A stretch of DNA of 32,000 bases. It comes from Acaryochloris marina S15. GTDB lineage: Bacteria > Cyanobacteriota > Cyanobacteriia > Thermosynechococcales > Thermosynechococcaceae. Position numbers and translations under genes: made by a program. Position 1 is the stretch's first letter. Each line of letters begins with the position of its first letter. Below, piece by piece: positions 25,069 through 32,000 of the stretch. The stretch covers positions 570,001-602,000 of the forward strand of contig NZ_CP064923.1 of NCBI RefSeq assembly GCF_018336915.1, written 5' to 3'. The notes under the pieces are model-generated. The model was not told where the DNA came from and did no database searches. It saw only the letters and a list, made by a program, of their open reading frames with translations.

Positions 25069-25485
25069 ATGGCCCATTCCCAACATCTACTCAAAATCCC
25101 TACCCAAGGGAAATCTTTCTATAACATCACTCAGCAAGTGCAGTCTGTGGTGGCTGAATCCGGGATGTCCATGGGACTTTGCACCTTGTTTCTTCGCCAC
25201 ACTTCAGCCAGCTTGGTGATTCAAGAGAATGCGGATCCAGATGTCCTACGGGATTTAGAAACGTTTTTAGCGCGAATTGTCCCAGAAGGTCCCCACTATC
25301 GCCACAGTACCGAAGGCCCGGATGACATGCCAGCTCACATCCGTACGGCTTTGACTCATACCTCGGAATATATTCCGATTCGTCAAGGTCGTTTAGCCAC
25401 AGGAATTTGGCAGGGCATCTATGTCTGGGAGCATCGTCAACATGGCTCAAACCGGGAAGTGATTGTGCATTTATCGGGGGAATAA
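25069..25485 (+). CDS. YjbQ/UPF0047 family protein (secondary thiamine-phosphate synthase-like)
   Basis: The ORF track starts at GTG 25048. The ATG at 25069 gives MAHSQHLLKIPTQGKSFYNITQQV..., the usual family N-terminus. Family motifs present: HTSASLVIQENADPDV, DDMPAHIR and GIWQGIYVWEHR. Confidence 0.8.
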   Translation: MAHSQHLLKIPTQGKSFYNITQQVQSVVAESGMSMGLCTLFLRHTSASLVIQENADPDVLRDLETFLARIVPEGPHYRHSTEGPDDMPAHIRTALTHTSEYIPIRQGRLATGIWQGIYVWEHRQHGSNREVIVHLSGE

Positions 25486-25612
25486 CCCTCCCTTTGTATC
25501 TTCTTGAAGGCTAGGTGGTTCAAGGCGTTGAGCCTATATCTGAGAAGGTGAACCTACATAAAACTAAATAATTCTTTACAATACAAGCGGTAACCCTATT
25601 GTTCTCGTCATC

Positions 25613-26017
25613 ATGCCCCTGCTTTCACTTTCTGGGCAACGGCCCACCTCTTTAGGTCTCAAGAAAAATCAACTCACGCCTTGTCCGAACACACCGAACT
25701 GTGTGTGTAGCCAAGATCCCGATCCGGGGCATCAGGTCGACCCCCTCACCTTTGAAGGTGCTCCCAAAGACGCATTTACCAAGCTCAAAACCATCTTGGC
25801 CGACACGGGGAATGCAGAAATTATTCAGGAAACCCGGAACTACATCTATGCCGAATTCACTAGCGGCTTGCTGGGATTTGTGGATGATGTGGAATTTTAC
25901 CTGGATAGCCGGGAAAAAGTGATTCAAGTCCGTTCTGCATCTCGTTTGGGTAAGTCAGATTTAGGGGCTAACAAATCTCGCATTAAATCCATCCAAAAAA
26001 AGCTGAAGAAAGCTTAG
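25613..26017 (+). CDS. DUF1499-like protein
   Basis: 134-aa ORF. The CPNTPNCVCSQ motif near the N-terminus and FVDDVEFYLD...IQVRSASRLGKSDLGANKSR fit my recollection of DUF1499. Confidence 0.6.
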   Translation: MPLLSLSGQRPTSLGLKKNQLTPCPNTPNCVCSQDPDPGHQVDPLTFEGAPKDAFTKLKTILADTGNAEIIQETRNYIYAEFTSGLLGFVDDVEFYLDSREKVIQVRSASRLGKSDLGANKSRIKSIQKKLKKA

Positions 26018-26040
26018 AGCTCTATTCCTAAGTTCTCTCG

Positions 26041-26451
26041 CTAGCCAGCAAACGCATCAGGAAAGGCTTGCCATACCTGCTGAATCATCTGACGCAGGGC
26101 TTGGTGGGCTTTGCGATCGCGTTCTGAAACGACCTTAGGATCTTCTTGATCCTGAGGTTTTTCCGTATGCATTTGGAGTAGAAACGGGAGGACTTCATCG
26201 TCCATTGCGGGCCGGAAGAACCGGGAAGGCCATACTAAATCTGCGCAGTTCTGGAGGCGAAAAGAAAACAGGCCCTGAGCTGGATGAGCGGGTTCTGAAC
26301 TCTGGGTGGTGAGTTGTAAAAATAAGGGCCGAACCCACGATCGTTGCCGAGCTTCAATGGTCTGGATGACCTCAGCGTACAAGTAGCTGCCTTGGTGCTC
26401 TAAGCAGACAATTTCGTAAGAGGTCGCATTGGAGCTAGATCGGTCAATCAT
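26041..26451 (-). CDS. Hypothetical protein (136 aa from the ATG; the ORF extends to TTG 26553)
   Basis: The tracked ORF is 26041-26553. The first ATG (26451, MIDRSSSNATSYEIV...) leaves a plausible 124-nt divergent promoter region before the 26576 gene. I recognise no family. Confidence 0.5.
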   Translation of the reverse strand: MIDRSSSNATSYEIVCLEHQGSYLYAEVIQTIEARQRSWVRPLFLQLTTQSSEPAHPAQGLFSFRLQNCADLVWPSRFFRPAMDDEVLPFLLQMHTEKPQDQEDPKVVSERDRKAHQALRQMIQQVWQAFPDAFAG

Positions 26452-26575
26452 GGTTGCAGGGTTGCGATCGCATACTGTTAGTCTATCCCTGAGATAGAAC
26501 TCCCGACTAGGGGGAATACCGATTAAGAACACACTATGGGACAGTAGTTGCAAGATCTCCTACCCAAGAACCGTC

Positions 26576-26884
26576 ATGACTTCTAGCATTCTTGCCGCAT
26601 TTATCTATGGTATTTTTACTCTGCTTGGCGGAATTATGGGATATGCCAAGAGTCGGAGTCAGATCTCGTTGATTTCGGGTTGTTTTTCGGGCATGTTGCT
26701 GTTATCGGGGGCCTTAGCTGCCTTAAAAGGAAATGCTTGGGGACTGATCCTGGCGATGGTGGTTACTGCTCTTTTAATTATTGTATTTATTGTTCGGTGG
26801 CTGAAAACTCGTAAAGTGATGCCTGCTGGATTGATGGTGGGGCTGGGTGGCATTGCCCTTGCCGTGATGATCCTTGGGCAATAA
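26576..26884 (+). CDS. TMEM14/UPF0136-like small membrane protein
   Basis: 102 aa with four hydrophobic helices. It has a GGIMGYAKSRSQISLISG motif (family pattern GG.xGYxKxxSxxSLxxG). Confidence 0.6.
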   Translation: MTSSILAAFIYGIFTLLGGIMGYAKSRSQISLISGCFSGMLLLSGALAALKGNAWGLILAMVVTALLIIVFIVRWLKTRKVMPAGLMVGLGGIALAVMILGQ

Positions 26885-27129
26885 CCCTAGGGACGACTGA
26901 ACGGTTATCTCTGATACCCTTTGGCCTTAAACGAAGGCTAATTTATATTCTCTTGTAGCTGAAAGTTCTCTCCCATGGAGAGGGTGGGCAACCTATGGGC
27001 GAAGGATTGATGATGGGCTCTCAGGGTTGAACTAGTCAGTAATGGCAAACCATGGATGGTTGTGTTGCTGGTCTTGGCGTGACTGAACACTCAGAGCTCA
27101 GGGAACATACAGTTTGAAAGGATTTGCCC

Positions 27130-28044
27130 ATGCTCTTAACTCAGCGCAAACGGAAAAAGAAAGTTTGGCTTGGTGAACTACTGGTTCAGAAAGGATTGAT
27201 CAGTCCAGCTGAATTAGCTCACGCCCTAACTGAACAGCGACAGACTCATCTAAAGCTTGGTGAAATCCTGATTCAGCAGGGATTAATTAGCCATCAGCAG
27301 CTGCAACAAGTGCTCAATGAACAGCGGTGGCGTAATGTCGTTACGGCTGTATTACTCTCCGTGAGTGCATTGGTCGCTGATTTGCCCCGTCTTGTCTATA
27401 GCCAACCGATTCCTTACCACCGATCCAATTCGACGGTGATCACTCCTGATTCTGTGAGTGCAGGAAATTCTCCCAAGGCAATGGGGGGAGCACGGTTACC
27501 CAAGCAGCCGAGTCATAATCCCTATCAGGCACCCTTGCAAGCCTATGCGACGGTAACATCTCCCCTACGGGGCTTTTGCCATCCATTGAAGGGACAAGGC
27601 CATCTAAGCCAGGGAATTAGAGGCCAAACCCATCGAGGACGAATGGAATATGCCTATGATTTAGCGGTGAATATTGGCACTCCTGTCTATGCAATGCGGT
27701 CCGGTAAAGTGATCGCGATTCGTGATTACTATCCCGATAATGGCGGTAGTCAGTCTAAATCTTCTCGTTTTAACTATGTTTGGCTCGAGCATGATAATGG
27801 CTACCGTTCTGCCTATATCCATTTGCAAAAGAAATTTAATCGGAACGTTAATCTCAAAATCGGACAGTGGGTAGACGCTCAACAATTGATTGGCTTCAGT
27901 GGTAATTCGGGCTGGAGTTCTGGTCCTCACTTACATGTCGAAGTTCAAAAACCTGAACGGGCTAAACCGTTTGCTAAGAAGTTTTCCAAGACCGTCCCTT
28001 TCGAGATTGCTGGGTATTGTCCTACTGCCCGATTTGCTCCCTAA
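27130..28044 (+). CDS. M23 family metallopeptidase with N-terminal MshEN/T2SSE_N-like domain and one TM segment
   Basis: The ORF track starts at TTG 27124; the ATG is at 27130. The N-terminus contains two 24-aa LGxx[LIV][LIV]xxG[LIV][LIV]xxxxLxxxLxxQ motifs. The TM segment is VVTAVLLSVSALVADL. The M23 core has GTPVYAMRSGKVIAI, GFSGNSGWSSGPHLHVEV (HxH) and THRGRMEYAYDLA. Confidence 0.8.
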   Translation: MLLTQRKRKKKVWLGELLVQKGLISPAELAHALTEQRQTHLKLGEILIQQGLISHQQLQQVLNEQRWRNVVTAVLLSVSALVADLPRLVYSQPIPYHRSNSTVITPDSVSAGNSPKAMGGARLPKQPSHNPYQAPLQAYATVTSPLRGFCHPLKGQGHLSQGIRGQTHRGRMEYAYDLAVNIGTPVYAMRSGKVIAIRDYYPDNGGSQSKSSRFNYVWLEHDNGYRSAYIHLQKKFNRNVNLKIGQWVDAQQLIGFSGNSGWSSGPHLHVEVQKPERAKPFAKKFSKTVPFEIAGYCPTARFAP

Positions 28045-28188
28045 TCTCAGTCGACGATAAAATAACTTTATCCAAAGGGAAGATTACGGTTTCCCCTAAT
28101 GCTCTCCCCTAGGTGCATCGAGGAGAAAGCGGTAACATTAGTACATATACCGCTACCCGTTACCTTTCGAAGGACATCACATTTAATC

Positions 28189-28518
28189 ATGGGATTTTTT
28201 GATTCTGATATTGTGCAGCAGGAGGCAAAGCAACTGTTTGAGGATTATCAATCCCTCATGCAGTTAGGGGGCAGCTACGGCAAGTTTGATCGGGATGGCA
28301 AAGTGCTCTATATCGAGCGCATGGAAGAAATGATGGATCGTTATCGCGTTTTTATGAAGCGCTTTGAGCTGTCCGATGACTTTATGGCCCGCATGACGGT
28401 CGAGCAACTCCAAACTCAGCTAGGGCAGTTTGGTATGACTCCCCAGCAAATGTTTGACAATATGAATCGGACCTTAGAACGGATGAGGCAAGATGTTGAA
28501 TCCAATCCCTATGGGTAA
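28189..28518 (+). CDS. DUF1825-like conserved cyanobacterial protein
   Basis: The ATG at 28189 gives MGFFDSDIVQQEAKQLFEDYQSLMQLGGSYGKFDRDGKVLYIERMEEMMDRYRVFMKRFELSDDF.... The tracked upstream extension from 28099 looks non-coding. Confidence 0.6.
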   Translation: MGFFDSDIVQQEAKQLFEDYQSLMQLGGSYGKFDRDGKVLYIERMEEMMDRYRVFMKRFELSDDFMARMTVEQLQTQLGQFGMTPQQMFDNMNRTLERMRQDVESNPYG

Positions 28519-28610
28519 ATAAATATGAATTGATCTCAGGATTCTTTGCCCATATAAGGGAGAGGGGCCTGTTCGGGTAGATTGTCTGTAGTACTTTGGA
28601 TGGACGGGCC

Positions 28611-29501
28611 ATGAGTCTACTGACAAATCTCAACGGTGTAATCGCTGCATCGGCGACGGTTTCCGTTTTAGATCGCGGTTTTTTGTATGGAGATAACATC
28701 TACGAAGTGGTGCGAACGTTTCAGGGTCGCCATTTCGGATTGCAAGAGCATCTGGATCGTCTACGACAGTCTGCGGCTTATCTATACATCGATGTGCCGT
28801 GGAGCGATCAGCATATTCAAGCAGAAGTGGAGCGCACTCTCCAACAAGCGACCTGGCAAGAGTCCTATATTCGCATTGTGGTCAGTCGGGGAACCGAGAC
28901 TAAAATCAGCCTCCAACCTAGTCCTGGGCTGCAGCCCAGTTTACTGATTGTCGCTTCAGAGATCTCACCAGAGCCCATCTTGTCAGAAAAAGGAATACAC
29001 CTGGTGATTGGCGAGCGGCGTCGTAATGATCGCCAAGCCCTGTCTCCAGCTGCTAAAACAGGCAATTATCTCAACAATATTTTGGCGTTACTGGAAGCTC
29101 AGCAGCAGGGGGCTGAAGATGCGCTCATGCTCAATCAGCAGGGGGAAATCACCGAAGCTACCACTAGTAACCTCTGGGTTGTTCGAGAGGGGGTGGTTCA
29201 AACTCCACCCCCGGAAGTGGGAATTTTGAAGGGCATTACCCGTCATTTTTTGTGGCAGATTCTGCAAACCCATGACATTCCCTGTGAGGAAGTCATTCTC
29301 AAGCCAGAGGACTTATGGTCAGTGGAAGAAGCATTTTTGAGCTCTTCTGTGCGTTTAATGATGCCCGTGAATCAAATTAATCAGTATCAACTCCCCCAAT
29401 GTCCTGGAAAAATAACGCGATTTTTATGGGGTGAGTTTTTGCACTTAATGGCTCAAGAGGGTCATGCCGTTGCTAAGAATACTGAAAGTGTAAGGGTTTA
29501 A
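28611..29501 (+). CDS. Class IV aminotransferase family protein (aminodeoxychorismate lyase / branched-chain aminotransferase-like)
   Basis: Family motifs present: DRGFLYGDNIYE, EATTSNLWVV and GILKGITR. I prefer the ATG at 28611 (MSLLTNLNGV) to the one at 28596. Confidence 0.8.
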   Translation: MSLLTNLNGVIAASATVSVLDRGFLYGDNIYEVVRTFQGRHFGLQEHLDRLRQSAAYLYIDVPWSDQHIQAEVERTLQQATWQESYIRIVVSRGTETKISLQPSPGLQPSLLIVASEISPEPILSEKGIHLVIGERRRNDRQALSPAAKTGNYLNNILALLEAQQQGAEDALMLNQQGEITEATTSNLWVVREGVVQTPPPEVGILKGITRHFLWQILQTHDIPCEEVILKPEDLWSVEEAFLSSSVRLMMPVNQINQYQLPQCPGKITRFLWGEFLHLMAQEGHAVAKNTESVRV

Positions 29502-29599
29502 TCGGAAGGATTTTTTGCTGTTTTAGGAGTCGCTGCTGCCCCCCAGCGCTGAAGAAATGTAGGATCTTTGTACATTCATTACATCATCGGATTAGTCCT

Positions 29600-31042
29600 A
29601 TGTCACTGCTTTTAACTGATTTTGACCAGTGGTATGACCAGTTTGTAACTGCTTCTCCTAAACAACAGCATGAATTGTTGGTAGATGCGCTTTCAGAACC
29701 TATTCCATCTGACTATGCCGAAGAGATTGATCTAATTGCTAGTGTTCTCGATGTGTTCGATATGCTGATCCGCCAAAACTTAACGGATCAAGCAATTCAG
29801 TTGACCACTCTTTTGCAAAAACATCATTCTGAGATTTACCAGCGTGAGTTTCAATATTTTGATGGTCAACTGCTTCAATATTCTCTATTCCACCAAGCTT
29901 GGCAACAAGTCCAAGAGTATCTCTCGCGTTTTCGAGATCATCCGGTCCAGAGTATTGATCAACTCATTTCAGTTCTCGATAATTTAAGGCTGCATGGTGC
30001 TACAGATTTAGCTGTAAATTTGTGCAGAGCCACTTACAAAATGGTTGCGACTTCCTCCCAATTAATAAGTGGGGCTGAATGGGACCTGGGCGTTGTTGTC
30101 ATTATGGATTTATTCGAACAGGCCCACCATCAACTGCAGCAAGGAGAAACTGTTGACTGGAGTAAGGTGGGGGCTGATGCAGCTAAATTTGGCTTTGAGA
30201 ATACCCCTAAAAAATGCCAAGAAGTTGAAAAACACTTGACCGAAGATTGGCAGGTTAGCCCAGACGTAAAAAAAGCGTTTAAACAAGATCGAGGTCTTAT
30301 TCTGCGCCATTTGCTATTAGAGTTTTGTCGATACATGTATTGCCAACAGCAAATGAGTTTTGTCTGCAGTGAGTTGATTTGGAGTACGGTCCTTGACTGC
30401 TGCAATCATCAAGATCGTCCCAAAAAACAACTCACCCAACCTGATAGTTATTTCTCCATTTCACAACAGGCGCTTGATAAATATGTAGGCCAATTGGTGG
30501 GTGGTCTATTATCAATGCGACAAGCTCAGGGATTTGCAGTTTTATGGGGCATACCTTATGTGTATAAGTTTTTGCTAGACAAACAAATCATCCGAGAGGA
30601 GACTTATCATCAGGCATTTAAGGCAACTACTGCATTGAAGGGATTCTTAATCAAAGGATTTCAGCAATCCTTGTGGCAATACAATTTTGTACATGTCTGG
30701 CAACGACCTGCTCAAGTTTCGGCAGAAGAATTTGCTTCAGAAACTGAACAGTTTGTAAAGAGTGCTGAGCAAGTTGAACCGTTAAGTGAAGAGCCTCAAG
30801 AGCGCTCTGATTTTAGTTTTCTCCATAAAACGCCTAAGCAGGAAGTCTTTGGGAAAGCTGAGTCATCCTCTTCTGGGGGCCAAAACATTTCTCAAGCAAC
30901 AAAATCTACTCAGCCGCCACAACCTATCTGGGAACCTCCTAAACCTCGCAAATCTCCTTTACAAGAAGCGGCTAAATTATCATCTAAAGGGAAGAAGGGG
31001 AAGTCTAAAAAGTCTAATAAGGGATTCAAGTCTTCCTCATAG
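29600..31042 (+). CDS. Hypothetical protein (480 aa) with a Lys/Ser-rich basic tail
   Basis: A long ORF, helical-looking and Gln-rich. The C-terminus is PKPRKSPLQEAAKLSSKGKKGKSKKSNKGFKSSS. I recognise no family. Confidence 0.65.
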   Translation: MSLLLTDFDQWYDQFVTASPKQQHELLVDALSEPIPSDYAEEIDLIASVLDVFDMLIRQNLTDQAIQLTTLLQKHHSEIYQREFQYFDGQLLQYSLFHQAWQQVQEYLSRFRDHPVQSIDQLISVLDNLRLHGATDLAVNLCRATYKMVATSSQLISGAEWDLGVVVIMDLFEQAHHQLQQGETVDWSKVGADAAKFGFENTPKKCQEVEKHLTEDWQVSPDVKKAFKQDRGLILRHLLLEFCRYMYCQQQMSFVCSELIWSTVLDCCNHQDRPKKQLTQPDSYFSISQQALDKYVGQLVGGLLSMRQAQGFAVLWGIPYVYKFLLDKQIIREETYHQAFKATTALKGFLIKGFQQSLWQYNFVHVWQRPAQVSAEEFASETEQFVKSAEQVEPLSEEPQERSDFSFLHKTPKQEVFGKAESSSSGGQNISQATKSTQPPQPIWEPPKPRKSPLQEAAKLSSKGKKGKSKKSNKGFKSSS

Positions 31043-31079
31043 ATACGGATTGAAACCGGTCATCACCATGAAAGGCACA

Positions 31080-31679
31080 TCAACCTAACAATGCTTGGAT
31101 GGTCTGCTCGGTTGCTTGATAGGCTCCTTCACCAATGTGGTGATAGGTAATCACGCCTTCGCGCGAGGTCAAAAACAGATGGGGCCAATAGCGATTACGG
31201 TAGGCTTTCCAGGTTTGATAGTTGTTGTCCAACGGTACGGGATAGGCAATTTTGTATTCTTCTAGAGCCTTCTGGACATTGCTGGAATCATGTTCATATT
31301 TAAATTCAGGGGTATGCACACCAATCACTTGTAGACCCTGATCAGCATATTGCTGGTGCCAGCGGGTGATGTAAGGCAGGGTGCGTTGGCTATTGATGCA
31401 GCCAAAGGTCCAAAACTGCACAAGAACGACTTTCCCTTGCAGGTCAGCAACTCTGAGGGGATCGGAATTGAGCCATTGGGAAATGCCTTGAAATGGATGC
31501 AGGGCTTGTCCCAAATTCACATCATCTCGCTTGGCCCAAAGGGATGCGTTAGGGGTGGCATCAAAGGCGGCTACAGAACGATTTTGCGATCGCGGCAACA
31601 ATGCAGCTCCAACAGCAGATGCTGCCCCTAACCCAAAGAGGGATAACAGTTTTCGCCGCTGAGGTTGAAAGAAGCTCAT
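31080..31679 (-). CDS. Exported thioredoxin-fold (redoxin/DipZ-C-like) protein with a CxxS active site
   Basis: 199-aa ORF. It has a twin-arginine-like signal (QPQRRKLLSLFGLGAASAVGAA). The thioredoxin-fold context VLVQFWTFGCINSQRTLPY...GVHTPEF resembles the DipZ C-terminal/redoxin family (usually WxxxCxxC). Confidence 0.75.
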   Translation of the reverse strand: MSFFQPQRRKLLSLFGLGAASAVGAALLPRSQNRSVAAFDATPNASLWAKRDDVNLGQALHPFQGISQWLNSDPLRVADLQGKVVLVQFWTFGCINSQRTLPYITRWHQQYADQGLQVIGVHTPEFKYEHDSSNVQKALEEYKIAYPVPLDNNYQTWKAYRNRYWPHLFLTSREGVITYHHIGEGAYQATEQTIQALLG

Positions 31680-31884
31680 AATAATCGCTCAAGTTTCAGA
31701 ATAGCTAGGGCTTATTCTACTAACCAATACTGAGAATAGACTGAGCAATGAGATAGAGACAATCATGGGTGGCAGTAGCAATCAAACCTAGCTCTGGTAA
31801 AGATTACAAGCAGATGTCAAATTCAGGAGCACTTTGGTCTAGACTAGCGGAGTCATAGGTTGTCACATGCGCTAGGAAAAACAG

Positions 31885-32000
31885 ATGGGTACTCCTGCTG
31901 ATGAATCTCTTTTAGTCTTATCCGTCGATATTGGCGGTAGTGGCATTAAAGCCATGGTGCTAGACGAAAGCGGTCAACCCGTCACAGAGCGGCAGCGTCT
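31885..32000 (+). CDS. ROK family sugar kinase (polyphosphate glucokinase-like), N-terminal end (runs off the window)
   Basis: It reads MGTPADESLLVLSVDIGGSGIKAMVLDESGQPVTERQR. DIGGSGIK is the ROK/ASKHA phosphate-1 motif. Confidence 0.6.
   Translation, partial: MGTPADESLLVLSVDIGGSGIKAMVLDESGQPVTERQR

Noticed and set aside
25127-25927. Antisense or alternative-frame ORFs 25127-25450, 25652-25927 and 25701-25922 within the YjbQ and DUF1499 genes; similar ORFs occur in other genes (971-1168, 13432-15520, 16125-16629, 18014-18676, 23527-24597, 26659-26853, 27661-27930, 28382-29273, 30110-31088, 31350-31631)
   Set aside because: Each lies within a longer ORF that has family motifs or a coherent architecture. 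None has an independent signal.

Overview
This is a cyanobacterial chromosomal window. The evidence is nine HIP1 palindromes GCGATCGC (about 0.5 expected by chance in 32 kb) and the photosystem II genes psbI and psbQ (CyanoQ). Most of the window is housekeeping or conserved-hypothetical genes: ftsY 3' end, a GAF-PP2C phosphatase, DUF4349, pepP, DUF4189, TauE/SafE, an M1 aminopeptidase, YjbQ, DUF1499, TMEM14, DUF1825, a class IV aminotransferase, a redoxin and a ROK kinase 5' end. Four things stand out. (1) At 4.66-10.92 kb there is a same-strand locus of three tandem paralogues. Each encodes a secreted, extremely low-complexity G/S/T/N/D/Q repeat protein with N- and C-terminal domains I do not recognise. 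They are followed by a secreted Tyr/Pro/Gln-rich protein and a YkuD L,D-transpeptidase. Two short motifs recur within this set: a C-terminal motif in two of the paralogues and the Tyr/Pro/Gln-rich protein, and an N-terminal Cys-pair module in that protein and the transpeptidase. This is my best candidate for an undescribed surface-fibre or peptidoglycan-anchoring system. (2) At 16.09-20.21 kb a DDE (IS4-like) element sits inside an IS630-like element, which sits inside a lipoprotein gene. All three layers can be reconstructed in frame from target-site duplications. (3) An M23 peptidase carries an almost perfect bipartite MshEN-type c-di-GMP-binding motif at its N-terminus. (4) psbI (35 aa) is absent from the ORF track. 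All family assignments come from motif recognition by eye; no database search was possible.
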